Sequence record: MW822008.1 | Source: Escherichia phage BF17 | Length of the DNA stretch: 64,000 nucleotides | Strand: one strand, 5' to 3' | Shown here: piece by piece, positions 1 to 12,093 of the stretch | How positions within the stretch are numbered: the stretch's first letter is position 1 | Layout of the letters: the number at the start of each line of letters is the position of its first letter | The notes under the pieces: model-generated | What the model was told of the DNA's origin: nothing | The model's input: only the letters and a program-made list of their open reading frames with translations | The model's database searches: none | Translations under genes and position numbers: made by a program

Positions 1-124
1 GCGATGTGACTGTTCCATTACGAACACCGTGGAACGGCTACTTTGAAACGCTTCATAATGCACGAGTTGTCGCTGTTGATAACCCTGAACAAATCGATTT
101 CGATTCATTGGACTGGAAAAAACT

Positions 125-568
125 ATGACAGTACTGCACCGATTGAAGAAGGTTAAGCATCCAGTTGTATATGAGGACTGGAAACGACAGAAGTTGCTGG
201 GTGATTTTTATTACCCAAAATCTAAAGTTCTTGCGAATTCAAGATGTACATATTTCAAACATAATGATAAAGATACAGTATTTGTTGAAATGGGTTTCAA
301 TCCATCAAATACAATGTTCAGCACTAACCAAACATTTTACAAATTTCATATCCAAAAAGATTCATTTTCTATCATGATTTTAAAACTTTTAGTTGAAGAT
401 CTGCTATACCGTGGTGAACGTGTTCCTTTATCATTAGTGGATATTCCTTATAATAATTTAGAGGAAATGTACTTCCAACAGTTGACAGTACAAGAAAACT
501 TCGGTATGATAGGACTTCAAGAGTTAGAGATGATTAAGCAAATTCGTGATATCTACTTTAAGGAGTAA
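125..568 (+). CDS. hypothetical protein (EE-x-F-Q motif family)
   Basis: 147-aa ORF; C-terminal EEMYFQQLTV motif shared with >=11 other ORFs in window. Confidence 0.6.
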   Translation: MTVLHRLKKVKHPVVYEDWKRQKLLGDFYYPKSKVLANSRCTYFKHNDKDTVFVEMGFNPSNTMFSTNQTFYKFHIQKDSFSIMILKLLVEDLLYRGERVPLSLVDIPYNNLEEMYFQQLTVQENFGMIGLQELEMIKQIRDIYFKE

Positions 569-570
569 CT

Positions 571-714
571 ATGCCAGTACGTAACAGTACTTCACGCTTT
601 ACGCTTCAACAGAAAGCAGATCTTTTGAATATGGCAAACAAAGATTCTAATTTTCACTATCTAGTACTCGGTGGTTCAGTTGAAAAGATTGACCTACGTG
701 AGTGTATGAAATAA
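571..714 (+). CDS. small hypothetical protein (47 aa)
   Basis: ATG 7 nt after AAGGAG; below ORF-track size cutoff; tightly packed with neighbours. Confidence 0.4.
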   Translation: MPVRNSTSRFTLQQKADLLNMANKDSNFHYLVLGGSVEKIDLRECMK

Positions 715-727
715 CAAAGGGGATAAA

Positions 728-898
728 ATGAGCCTACGTGAATCATGGGAACAATTTAAAGAAGAGATTGGTTATCGTGGTGTTAAGATTGAACCAATCA
801 ATCGTACTGAAAGCATCAAAGCTAGTACTAATGGCACTACCTATGATCGTTATGATGAAAAGTATGGTTTACATTCTAAACCAAAGGATACTGAATAA
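728..898 (+). CDS. small hypothetical protein (56 aa)
   Basis: ATG preceded by AAAGGGGA; stop overlaps next start (TAATG). Confidence 0.4.
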   Translation: MSLRESWEQFKEEIGYRGVKIEPINRTESIKASTNGTTYDRYDEKYGLHSKPKDTE

Positions 899-1041
899 TG
901 GTGTATACTAACATTTTTACTGGTATTATGCGTAAGTTTGTTAATGGTATTGGATATGTATCCAATGACAACGGTAGTACATGGGTAAAAAATAATACGT
1001 CAGAATCTTTAGTGAAAAGTCTTCCGTATTATAAAGCTTGA
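898..1041 (+). CDS. small hypothetical protein (47 aa)
   Basis: ATG overlapping upstream stop; open frame to TGA at 1039-1041. Confidence 0.35.
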   Translation: MVYTNIFTGIMRKFVNGIGYVSNDNGSTWVKNNTSESLVKSLPYYKA

Positions 1042-1066
1042 CACATGAAAATGGAGTATGTATAAT
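1038..1066 (+). promoter_or_regulatory. sigma70-like promoter TTGACA-N17-TATAAT
   Basis: TTGACA 1038-1043, TATAAT 1061-1066, upstream of ORF at 1084. Confidence 0.55.
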
Positions 1067-1083
1067 ACTCCTATATTAATCAA

Positions 1084-1671
1084 ATGAGGATATACGAAAT
1101 GGCTGGTGTTGATAAAATTTGTGAATTCAGTGGCGATTATGAAGGTTACGAAATGTACAAGTCCAAGCGTAATCACATTCAAGTTCTGTCAAAGTACCGT
1201 AAAGAATTCCGAGGACACAAAGCAACATTGTATGTTTTTGAGAATGGATATTCTGAAGTTTTCACAAGTGGTGGGTATAGTACAGCTAACATGGCACATA
1301 TCAACCCAAACCCAACTGAAGATGATTGGAATAGTGGTAACGCTTTTCGTATTTCAATTTTGAATAAAATGAATCGTTACGACCGTTATTGTACATTCTT
1401 TGAAAATATTTCAGAATACAAGCAAGCATTAAAGAAATATAATCAACGCTTACTAATGAATTATGATTACATTCTTCATGTTCCTACTGTTCCAGGTCAG
1501 GTTAATGGTCTGTATACGAACAGTACACATGATTTAACTGCGGTGAAGCGTCGCCTCAAACGTATGTTGGGTTGTGGTAATTTAACAATCAAGGTTATGC
1601 GTAATGAATCAATGTATAACTTTTTAAATGTACTACACTACACATTGAAGGATAATAATGGAAACGATTAA
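1084..1671 (+). CDS. hypothetical protein
   Basis: 195-aa ORF with GAGG RBS and upstream promoter. Confidence 0.65.
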   Translation: MRIYEMAGVDKICEFSGDYEGYEMYKSKRNHIQVLSKYRKEFRGHKATLYVFENGYSEVFTSGGYSTANMAHINPNPTEDDWNSGNAFRISILNKMNRYDRYCTFFENISEYKQALKKYNQRLLMNYDYILHVPTVPGQVNGLYTNSTHDLTAVKRRLKRMLGCGNLTIKVMRNESMYNFLNVLHYTLKDNNGND

Positions 1672-1855
1672 GTTTATGTTTGAGGTGTTTGTTGCATTCA
1701 TCTTATGTGCTGTATCTATTGCTATTGCTTTAATCCCAGTAATCGTTTACCAAGTTAATGGTGGTACAGACCCAACAGTTGATCTGTTTCTTCGTTGCGT
1801 GGGATTCTGCATATGGTTGGCGATGTTTATGTACTATATGCATCGTGAGGATTGA
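1658..1855 (+). CDS. small hydrophobic membrane protein
   Basis: 65-aa ORF, strongly hydrophobic; start overlaps upstream stop. Confidence 0.5.
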   Translation: METIKFMFEVFVAFILCAVSIAIALIPVIVYQVNGGTDPTVDLFLRCVGFCIWLAMFMYYMHRED

Positions 1856-2688
1856 TTATGTCATTGGAAAAAGTAATTATTTCTGAATTCCGAAAGTACA
1901 TCATTGATTGTGATAGAGATATACAGCGTAAGTTCAATGAGTATCTTGACAAATATCCATATTTGATGTTTAATCCATTTGAAACTCAATCCGATGTTAA
2001 TCTTGGATTTTACATTGGGTTTACACAACGAATTCTACAACAATATGAGATGAAACAGCCAGAGGTTTGGGTAGAAACTGATTCGAATGAGACGAATGTT
2101 TTTTATCTGTACTCTTATTATGCTGAAATTGTTAGTTCAATGACGCTAGAAGGGTATCTATTCGTCAAAACATCTGATATTGAAAAAATATACATAGAAC
2201 CTGTATCTTTGGATATGGTTGCCCAGCTTCCAACAGTCCAATATTTGGATGCAAATGAGTTGACATATTCGGTGTTTGAGTACCTTAACCGAGACGATTT
2301 AACTCAAGAAATTGAGAATATGGTTTCAAAATATACCACAACTCTTATATCTAATGGTTCACTTAGAATAGAACTGATTTACGACGATACTAGTACTAAT
2401 GCAGTACGAGGAACTCGAATTGGAAAAGTTACTATACGTGTTGTCCACAATGATGTAGTACTTGGTTATATTTCGAAACGTGGTCATGACTTGTGTTTGA
2501 TTAACACATATGTTATTGAACGAAAAGAATGGAACGATTTAATGCAAAAAATCGTAGACGGAAGTGGAATTCGTGATATAATGTGTAATGAGGTAGTGAC
2601 GATGAATCCTGACATTGACTGTGATGTATATTTCCCAGTTCCTGGATTTACTCTACGTAATTTTGGTACATTAAAGGGTACAAAATGA
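1852..2688 (+). CDS. hypothetical protein
   Basis: 278-aa ORF, ATGA overlap with upstream gene. Confidence 0.7.
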   Translation: MIMSLEKVIISEFRKYIIDCDRDIQRKFNEYLDKYPYLMFNPFETQSDVNLGFYIGFTQRILQQYEMKQPEVWVETDSNETNVFYLYSYYAEIVSSMTLEGYLFVKTSDIEKIYIEPVSLDMVAQLPTVQYLDANELTYSVFEYLNRDDLTQEIENMVSKYTTTLISNGSLRIELIYDDTSTNAVRGTRIGKVTIRVVHNDVVLGYISKRGHDLCLINTYVIERKEWNDLMQKIVDGSGIRDIMCNEVVTMNPDIDCDVYFPVPGFTLRNFGTLKGTK

Positions 2689-2975
2689 AAATTTTAGAAG
2701 TCTTACTTGAAAAGGATGCATCCGGCACTCTTTATGTTGGTAATGAGTTCAGTCCTGATCCAATTGATATGATGCAGCGTATTCAAACACTGACCCAATC
2801 AATTTCAGTTAAACAACCTTTCCTAAAAGAATTGGAAATTCACTGCGATAAAGATATGGAACAACATGATAATGTTATTTCTGATATCAAAAGTCTATTG
2901 ACAAAGAATGGATATGTGGAGTATAATCCTTCTATCGTAATCGTTATCCCTGACTTTATGAAAGGAACATTGTAA
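2685..2975 (+). CDS. hypothetical protein
   Basis: 96-aa ORF, ATGA overlap. Confidence 0.6.
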   Translation: MKILEVLLEKDASGTLYVGNEFSPDPIDMMQRIQTLTQSISVKQPFLKELEIHCDKDMEQHDNVISDIKSLLTKNGYVEYNPSIVIVIPDFMKGTL

Positions 2976-3244
2976 TGACTAAAGAAGAAATGAAATCTCG
3001 CCTAAGCGAACTTAAGAAAGAACGAAAACTAGTCCGTTTGGACTGGGACATTCTTAACAAAAAAGATGAGCAATCATATGCTAACTGGAGTTCCGATAAA
3101 GTTCGCAATGACCGTTCCAAAGAAGACGCTAAACAGTTTATGGCATTGACCAAACGTTTATCTTCACTGAATAGTGAAATTACAGGTCTTCAAAAGGAAA
3201 TTATTTCAATTCTTCAAGTGGAGATCAACTCACTGTATGAATAA
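2975..3244 (+). CDS. hypothetical protein (K/E-rich helical)
   Basis: 89-aa ORF, start overlaps upstream stop. Confidence 0.6.
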   Translation: MTKEEMKSRLSELKKERKLVRLDWDILNKKDEQSYANWSSDKVRNDRSKEDAKQFMALTKRLSSLNSEITGLQKEIISILQVEINSLYE

Positions 3245-3530
3245 ACATGAAGTGATTCATTTTGATGGTAAGATTTATGTACCAAACAATGATAGTACTG
3301 AATCTTATTATCTAATCAATGCAATTATGTCAGAAACACAAACATGTTGCCGTCAGCGTCCAGGTGAGTATGAGTTCAGTCAGACCATTGGTTATTATCG
3401 TTATACTGAACTTGATAAATTTACAATCGATTCTAAAAAAGTTATTGACGTTCTCACGAAGAACGGATATAATGAATCCGAATCAAACGAAACAGAGTTA
3501 CCAGTCGTGAAATTTGTTCTAAAAAAATAA
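3237..3530 (+). CDS. hypothetical protein
   Basis: ORF track 3174-3530 trimmed to ATG at 3237 overlapping upstream stop. Confidence 0.5.
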   Translation: MNKHEVIHFDGKIYVPNNDSTESYYLINAIMSETQTCCRQRPGEYEFSQTIGYYRYTELDKFTIDSKKVIDVLTKNGYNESESNETELPVVKFVLKK

Positions 3531-3558
3531 TTAATTTTTGGGACAACGCTGAAAAGCA

Positions 3559-3567
3559 TGATATAAT
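3559..3567 (+). promoter_or_regulatory. extended -10 promoter element TGaTATAAT
   Basis: TG at 3559-3560, TATAAT 3562-3567; weak -35. Confidence 0.4.
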
Positions 3568-3651
3568 GTATATTATCGGCAGATGTAAAAATGCAAACCA
3601 TTCCTCAATGATGAGGGTTTTTCATAAAAAAGAAATAAAAGGGTATTAAAA

Positions 3652-3861
3652 ATGGCTAAAGAAACTAACGCACAAGTACTAGATATCACCGACTTCGACC
3701 GCACTGTGAACTACATTCAGTTCCAGATTCATCAAGCTGAAGAAGCTCTCGCAGTATTCCACGGTACTGGTGCAAGGCCAATCCGTTTTGCTCATCTAAT
3801 TGCATGGAAGAAAAGTCTACAAGAAGAACTTTCTGAACTGCGTAAAGCAAACCGTAAGTAA
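3652..3861 (+). CDS. hypothetical protein
   Basis: 69-aa ORF flanked by promoter upstream and hairpin+T-run downstream. Confidence 0.6.
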   Translation: MAKETNAQVLDITDFDRTVNYIQFQIHQAEEALAVFHGTGARPIRFAHLIAWKKSLQEELSELRKANRK

Positions 3862-3868
3862 TTGATTT

Positions 3869-3899
3869 CCCGCCTCATCAATGTTGATGGGGCTTTTTT
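3869..3899 (+). terminator. intrinsic terminator hairpin + T-run
   Basis: GCCTCATCAA...TTGATGGGGC stem followed by TTTTTT. Confidence 0.55.
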
Positions 3900-3926
3900 A
3901 ATAAAATACAAACTGAGGATATATTA

Positions 3927-4433
3927 ATGAGTGTTGAATATTGGTTTTTGTTTATATGTCTTGGTACACTAGTACTGATTACATTGGGCTTAATCTTCAA
4001 TACGGTAATCAGTGGTAGTAATTACTTCAAGTCCTTTCAACTTCTAATGTCAGCTATGCAGTACAGTGACGAGGCAGAAGAAACCACTACGTTGATTTTG
4101 AATAAACTTGAAGCTAACTTACTGGTTGCTAAAATTTCTTCGTGTAATACAAATATTGTATTTTATGCATCACCCGTGGACATTAATGGGTACGAAATGA
4201 GTTACCAGCCAGCCGTTGCTGAAATTTTTATTGGTTCTAAGTATTATGCATATGGATATATCCGAAAGTATTATACTGAAGCAAAAGCCGAGCTAACAAA
4301 GAAACGACCGTCAATTAAGACATTAAAGCGTATCATCGCACTAGAAAAGAAACTACGAGGTGATGTGACAAAAAATGATTCACCCACTGTAGTAAATACA
4401 AAGAAAAAAAATAACGTAGTGGAGTTGGATTAA
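3927..4433 (+). CDS. hypothetical membrane-anchored protein
   Basis: 168-aa ORF, N-terminal hydrophobic helix; GAGGA RBS. Confidence 0.65.
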   Translation: MSVEYWFLFICLGTLVLITLGLIFNTVISGSNYFKSFQLLMSAMQYSDEAEETTTLILNKLEANLLVAKISSCNTNIVFYASPVDINGYEMSYQPAVAEIFIGSKYYAYGYIRKYYTEAKAELTKKRPSIKTLKRIIALEKKLRGDVTKNDSPTVVNTKKKNNVVELD

Positions 4434-4738
4434 TGGACGCAGATAAATCAAACAGTATTCTTATTGATGTACAAACGAAGTTATTAGATGTTATGGAAAT
4501 CATCAAAGATTTACCACAAGGATATCAGTTTAAAGTTCGTGAAATGTTATCTTGTGCAGAAACGGTTGTGTCTATGTACAATGATGTGCAGCATGGAATT
4601 ATCCCTGAAATTCTTCAAGATGGTCTAAATATTAACACAAAGATTCCAGCACAAGAGCCTGAAGAGGTTGTTCAGCCTGAACCAGAACCTCCTATACGTA
4701 AAGTACTGGATCTGTCTGGCATCAAAATTAACATCTAA
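4433..4738 (+). CDS. hypothetical protein
   Basis: 101-aa ORF, start overlaps upstream stop. Confidence 0.6.
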   Translation: MDADKSNSILIDVQTKLLDVMEIIKDLPQGYQFKVREMLSCAETVVSMYNDVQHGIIPEILQDGLNINTKIPAQEPEEVVQPEPEPPIRKVLDLSGIKINI

Positions 4739-4760
4739 AATACATTCAATAGGAGAAGTA

Positions 4761-4910
4761 ATGAGTAATCAAAAAATCGACTTAGTAGTAAAACTTCAAG
4801 AGATTCAAGCACTAGCTAAAGAACTTGATGAAAAACGTGCAGCAGCAGTTGATTCACTGTGTGCAACAATTCTGACTGTTTTTGCAGATTACGAAAAGAA
4901 ATCTGATTAA
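4761..4910 (+). CDS. small hypothetical protein
   Basis: ORF track 4668-4910 trimmed to ATG at 4761 after AGGAGA RBS. Confidence 0.5.
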   Translation: MSNQKIDLVVKLQEIQALAKELDEKRAAAVDSLCATILTVFADYEKKSD

Positions 4911-4920
4911 ACATTACTTT

Positions 4921-4950
4921 ATACCCAGTCTAGTACTGGGTATTTTTTTA
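4921..4950 (+). terminator. intrinsic terminator
   Basis: ATACCCAGT / ACTGGGTAT inverted repeat followed by TTTTTTT. Confidence 0.65.
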
Positions 4951-4960
4951 AGGAAATAAA

Positions 4961-5353
4961 ATGACTGAATCAGAACTACATGAAATGATAGATTTCATTT
5001 ATGAAATGATACAAGATAAAAATAACATCAATACAATTATTTCTGGTCCAAGACAAATTGGTAATCAAATGACATATTCTTTATCTTTATGGATAAAACA
5101 GAACTACAAAGTTGATTGTTTGTATTTCCGTCCTGATATTGATGCTTATTATTTTGTCAATCATGATGCATTAATGAAACCAAATAAGCGTCCAGTTGAT
5201 GATACCTTTGTGACACACCCATTTTACCTGGCTGATTCCGAAGAAGATGAGTTTCAAAAGAACACAACGTTAAGCCCAGGTGAAATTTGCATCCCTTACA
5301 CACTAAAAGATAAAATGATTTACATCACAGAAGTTATGAAAACATGCTGGTAA
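4961..5353 (+). CDS. hypothetical protein (EE-x-F-Q motif family)
   Basis: 130-aa ORF; SEEDEFQKNTTL motif. Confidence 0.65.
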   Translation: MTESELHEMIDFIYEMIQDKNNINTIISGPRQIGNQMTYSLSLWIKQNYKVDCLYFRPDIDAYYFVNHDALMKPNKRPVDDTFVTHPFYLADSEEDEFQKNTTLSPGEICIPYTLKDKMIYITEVMKTCW

Positions 5354-5367
5354 GTGCAATGAAACTC

Positions 5368-5376
5368 TGATATAAT
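5368..5376 (+). promoter_or_regulatory. extended -10 promoter element TGaTATAAT
   Basis: TG 5368-5369, TATAAT 5371-5376 upstream of ORF 5402. Confidence 0.4.
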
Positions 5377-5401
5377 ACAAATAATGATAATAGGAGGATA
5401 T

Positions 5402-5620
5402 ATGAAATTTATTAATTTTGATATTTCTAAGGTCAAAGAATTATTTGTAAGAAATGCAGTTTATGATATCATGTTACATAACGGTACTGTACAAGAAGAT
5501 GTTGTATTGTTTTCGTTTGATGGTGAAAATCTCGAAACTATATATAAATTCAGCAACTTAGATGGTGACTTTTGGGAAACCAGTGCTGTTAAAATGTATA
5601 GAATTAAAAAGGAGCATTAA
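5402..5620 (+). CDS. hypothetical protein
   Basis: ORF track 5384-5620 trimmed to ATG after AGGAGGA RBS. Confidence 0.6.
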   Translation: MKFINFDISKVKELFVRNAVYDIMLHNGTVQEDVVLFSFDGENLETIYKFSNLDGDFWETSAVKMYRIKKEH

Positions 5621-5621
5621 T

Positions 5622-6110
5622 ATGCCAATTCGTGGTGTACCAGAACCATTAATGGAAGTTATTAAGCATGTTCGCATTGGAGATCGAGAAGTTAATCTTC
5701 GCCGTAATAACATTTTTTACTTTAAAACTTCAGAAATGAGTTCTGTACAGATTGTCATTGGTACATCTATTAAGATTACTCGTGTACTTGATGGTAGTAC
5801 TGACTTCGTTGAATATAATGTACTTACTAATAAAGTAACGCATATATATAAATGGAGTGGGTATAAAACTATTAAGTATGAATTTGACTTAGCTAGAACT
5901 GAAGAAGAACGATTTATGCTGAGTACTATCAATCCAGCAAACTATCCTGACCTTGATGCATTTTTGCTAATTTTAAAATTGTATAATGAAGCAAATCAGA
6001 AAGCCAAAGATTATGATAGAATCATGTATGAACGCCGAAAAGAACGTGCACAAAAAAGTTATGATCTGTATGATAGCCCATACGTGAAATATAGTAAGGG
6101 GTCGAAATGA
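5622..6110 (+). CDS. hypothetical protein (EE-x-F-Q motif family)
   Basis: ORF track 5562-6110 trimmed to ATG after GGAG RBS; TEEERFMLST motif. Confidence 0.6.
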   Translation: MPIRGVPEPLMEVIKHVRIGDREVNLRRNNIFYFKTSEMSSVQIVIGTSIKITRVLDGSTDFVEYNVLTNKVTHIYKWSGYKTIKYEFDLARTEEERFMLSTINPANYPDLDAFLLILKLYNEANQKAKDYDRIMYERRKERAQKSYDLYDSPYVKYSKGSK

Positions 6111-6511
6111 ATAAAGAAGTTCAAATTATCATAACTCCACCTATACAAAGTCTGGATGTATCCATTAGTGATTTTTTGGAAAAATACTATGAATGGTTTA
6201 ATGAAGATTCAGTAATTTATAACCATTCATTACCTGATGGTTTCGTTGAGCTTATTGAATTAAATGCCAAATCACTATACTTCTGTGTTGAATACAATGA
6301 TTATATGACAGATGAAGCATATCGTTTTCGTTGTACATTGTATCCTAACCATTTTTCCATTGGTTATAAAGACTATCAGTACTGCACCACAAACTATAGT
6401 GTAGAGGAAGAATTTCAGTACAATTTACTTTATCCTGATTTAGATTATACGATTGCAGTACTGTTGACTAAAATCATGGATTTTTATAAAGATAAATATA
6501 ATGCAGCCTAA
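6107..6511 (+). CDS. hypothetical protein (EE-x-F-Q motif family)
   Basis: 134-aa ORF; VEEEFQYNLL motif; ATGA overlap. Confidence 0.65.
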   Translation: MNKEVQIIITPPIQSLDVSISDFLEKYYEWFNEDSVIYNHSLPDGFVELIELNAKSLYFCVEYNDYMTDEAYRFRCTLYPNHFSIGYKDYQYCTTNYSVEEEFQYNLLYPDLDYTIAVLLTKIMDFYKDKYNAA

Positions 6512-6682
6512 GACATTTGATGAGTGGTTTAATCTACACTATAATATAAATGCAGCAGATATATACTATTTTAAGCTTGAATTGTATATATCATTGCGTA
6601 ACCCAATTGAGTACTATAACAACATTATCAATTGTGATGATTTTGGTACATATTTTAGTATAGCAGTCATGGACAAAATAAG

Positions 6683-6853
6683 ATGACACACAAAGAATGG
6701 TTAGATGAACTAAAATTTAAACATAATCCTTTTGGTTTTGGTATACGCCAAGGTCATTATGATGTGTTAAAAGATAAACAACTTTTCAAATCATTTGTAC
6801 TTGATGAGGATAGTAATCACTGGTACATCTATGAGCTTGCAATTAGGAAATAG
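6683..6853 (+). CDS. small protein, MTH-x-EW family (56 aa)
   Basis: Translates MTHKEWLDELKF..., N-terminus matches three tandem small ORFs at 8188-8674. Confidence 0.5.
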   Translation: MTHKEWLDELKFKHNPFGFGIRQGHYDVLKDKQLFKSFVLDEDSNHWYIYELAIRK

Positions 6854-6863
6854 AAGATATAGT

Positions 6864-7213
<350 letters not shown>

Positions 7214-7226
7214 CGAGGAATCCAAA

Positions 7227-7424
7227 GTGACTAAAGCAGAACTTGTAGCATTATTGGAATCATATCCCGATGATGCATGTATTGAAGTTGTTCATAGTGC
7301 GAGACATTTTGACATTGAAGATGTAGTACGTTATAATGATAAAGGTGTACTCATCATGGAACTATGTATTGGTGAAATGAAAACTGTACCCGAATCAGAA
7401 AAACGTAAAAATAGTAAACCGTAA
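7227..7424 (+). CDS. hypothetical protein
   Basis: 65-aa ORF, GTG start after GAGGAA RBS. Confidence 0.5.
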   Translation: MTKAELVALLESYPDDACIEVVHSARHFDIEDVVRYNDKGVLIMELCIGEMKTVPESEKRKNSKP

Positions 7425-7434
7425 GGAAAATAAA

Positions 7435-7653
7435 ATGGAATCTACTCTATTAGAAGTTATTAACTCATTAAACGCTGGCGACAATGTTCAAGTACTCCTT
7501 CAGGGATACCGTGTAAAAGGTTCAGTAGTTTTAGTTAATGATACCACTGTTGTTGTAACTGAAACTAACCCGTTTGACAGTAATGAACTTGCTAATATCC
7601 ATATTGATATTAAAAGTATTATTGGTGTTGGTGTAACTAAACCACAAGAATAA
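7435..7653 (+). CDS. hypothetical protein
   Basis: 72-aa ORF. Confidence 0.55.
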   Translation: MESTLLEVINSLNAGDNVQVLLQGYRVKGSVVLVNDTTVVVTETNPFDSNELANIHIDIKSIIGVGVTKPQE

Positions 7654-7674
7654 CAATTGTTATTGGGGATTACT

Positions 7675-7947
7675 ATGCATTTTGAAAAATTCAATACAAA
7701 TCGTAACACACGCATTGACGTTCTTTATGAAACACAAGACTCAATAAGCATTCGTACACGTAGTGGTGATGTATATCATGACTGTACTATTGGTTGGGAA
7801 CAGGGAAGAACACGTAGTGCAGAATTCGATAACTATCGCTTCTACCAAGGGGACACCACAATCTGGCCTGAAGACGTAGAAGATATTGCGTTTGAAGATG
7901 AACATAAAGATGAATTTATAAAATTTAATCCCAAAACCGAATCATAA
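7675..7947 (+). CDS. hypothetical protein
   Basis: ORF track 7657-7947 (TTG) trimmed to ATG 7675 after GGGGA RBS. Confidence 0.55.
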   Translation: MHFEKFNTNRNTRIDVLYETQDSISIRTRSGDVYHDCTIGWEQGRTRSAEFDNYRFYQGDTTIWPEDVEDIAFEDEHKDEFIKFNPKTES

Positions 7948-7950
7948 ATA

Positions 7951-8080
<130 letters not shown>

Positions 8081-8084
8081 AAAT

Positions 8085-8170
<86 letters not shown>

Positions 8171-8187
8171 CAATTAAAGGTTAAACC

Positions 8188-8348
<161 letters not shown>

Positions 8349-8352
<4 letters not shown>

Positions 8353-8509
8353 CACATGAAGAATGGATGAATGACATTAATTTTAGATATTCGGGTATCG
8401 GTAAATGGCTAAAGTATCATTGGGAATTCATTTCAGAGCCACATCTGTATGATAAACTTATCAACGATCCAGCATATGAAATGTACTTAATTGAACTACT
8501 GGTACGAAT

Positions 8510-8513
<4 letters not shown>
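8349..8513 (+). CDS. small protein, MTH-x-EW family, tandem copy 2 (54 aa)
   Basis: Near-identical 5' half to copy 1; ATGA overlaps at both ends. Confidence 0.5.
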
Positions 8514-8681
<168 letters not shown>

Positions 8682-8682
8682 G

Positions 8683-9136
<454 letters not shown>

Positions 9137-9164
9137 GTATCTTAACAACAGAAGGTATATTGAA

Positions 9165-9404
9165 ATGGGTAAGTATTTTGTGAGTTATAGTTATAATGTA
9201 TCACGAAAGATTCCACGTGGTGACGGAATGGGATGGTCTTATGATGCATATACTTTAAATGAGTCATGTATCATCGAATTACAAGAAAAAGACCTTGACA
9301 TTTTAAAAATCAAACAATATATTCTTGATGTTGAATTGGCACATCGTACTGATACCTATCCAGATGTAAACAACATCAGCATCTTAGTACTAACCAAAGT
9401 ATAA
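9165..9404 (+). CDS. hypothetical protein
   Basis: ORF track 9135-9404 trimmed to ATG 9165 after GAAGG RBS. Confidence 0.55.
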   Translation: MGKYFVSYSYNVSRKIPRGDGMGWSYDAYTLNESCIIELQEKDLDILKIKQYILDVELAHRTDTYPDVNNISILVLTKV

Positions 9405-9482
9405 GATAAAAAGAACTTTACTAAATAATTCCACTGGAGATTAATATGTTTAAAGATGAACGTCCAGATTTGTAAAAAGTAC

Positions 9483-9511
9483 TTGAATAAATAATTCAGT
9501 ACTGATATAAT
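9483..9511 (+). promoter_or_regulatory. promoter TTGAAT-N17-TGaTATAAT
   Basis: Extended -10; drives transcription into ORF-poor segment 9518-9870. Confidence 0.5.
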
Positions 9512-9875
9512 GAATTCCACAATCAGACGTATATGGTGTAAGTTACGTCGATGTAATCCAGAACAAGATCTCTGGTACTCTAGGAAGTGGTGAATGTTAA
9601 CCTAGACGGGTTTGATAATTGGACGATAGGCAATTATTACTTGACTAGCAGGTTTAAACTAGAGGTGACCGTCCTTCACCAAACTGGAAAACCGGATGGA
9701 CTTTTATTTAAAAGGGTAAGGCGTGGAAATATGTTTACAGAAGTTGCTTTTAGTAGCCTGTACGCCCCACGTCAAGGTAGTCGAAAGGTAAGTTAAAACG
9801 GGTGGTTATAAAGCTGAATTAACAGCGGCGTTTAAAAGCGTCACCATCCATTTTTTTTTAATTAAAGTTGGTGAT

Positions 9876-10685
<810 letters not shown>

Positions 10686-10709
10686 ACGAAATTACAATAG
10701 GAAATTAAA

Positions 10710-10895
10710 ATGCAACTTTTAATTCTTTCAATATTGTATATTATTATAATGGTTCCGATATCAATACGTTTAATTACAGTTGAACGATTTTTATCGAAAC
10801 ATGGAAATAGATCTATGATCTTTGTACCAATCGGGTTGATATTGTTTGGTATATTTTCATTTATAATGGGAATTAACGCTACATTCATTTCATAG
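10710..10895 (+). CDS. small hydrophobic membrane protein
   Basis: 61-aa ORF, two hydrophobic segments. Confidence 0.45.
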   Translation: MQLLILSILYIIIMVPISIRLITVERFLSKHGNRSMIFVPIGLILFGIFSFIMGINATFIS

Positions 10896-10904
10896 GAAAC
10901 AAAT

Positions 10905-11435
<531 letters not shown>

Positions 11436-11480
11436 GATTCCCGATTCAGTAGCTTATAAAGCAGTTCCGTGTGTGCCTAT

Positions 11481-11533
<53 letters not shown>

Positions 11534-11534
11534 T

Positions 11535-11572
<38 letters not shown>

Positions 11573-11591
11573 AGAGGTACTTCGAGTATGC

Positions 11592-11658
<67 letters not shown>

Positions 11659-11805
11659 TAATTGACATATCATTGAATGGGGTGTATTATGGTTCAAGAA
11701 GAAAACTGGGGTTTTTAACCTAACGAGGTCATTATGAAAGTAAGTAAAGAAACTGCCAAACAGCTTGAAGTACTTTGTAGTGCTGCACCTATGCCGACAC
11801 TTGGC

Positions 11806-11876
<71 letters not shown>

Positions 11877-11917
11877 AATGCGAAAGAGTATAGAGACTTG
11901 TTGGTTATCTTACTTCT

Positions 11918-12000
<83 letters not shown>

Positions 12001-12003
12001 TCA

Positions 12004-12076
<73 letters not shown>

Positions 12077-12093
12077 CAAAATAAAGGTACACT

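Noticed and set aside
165-377. ORF 165-377 (+) and similar internal or antisense ORFs (e.g. 1106-1363, 2956-3153, 14092-14343, 16628-16963, 37315-37937, 45119-45738, 53009-54261, 56200-57438, 60281-61468)
   Set aside because: Each lies wholly within or antisense to a longer ORF with better start context; typical of AT-rich spurious frames.
9587-9796. 69-aa GTG-start ORF in the GC-richer segment
   Set aside because: No clear RBS spacing; region looks more like structured RNA. Left unannotated as CDS and raised as a finding.
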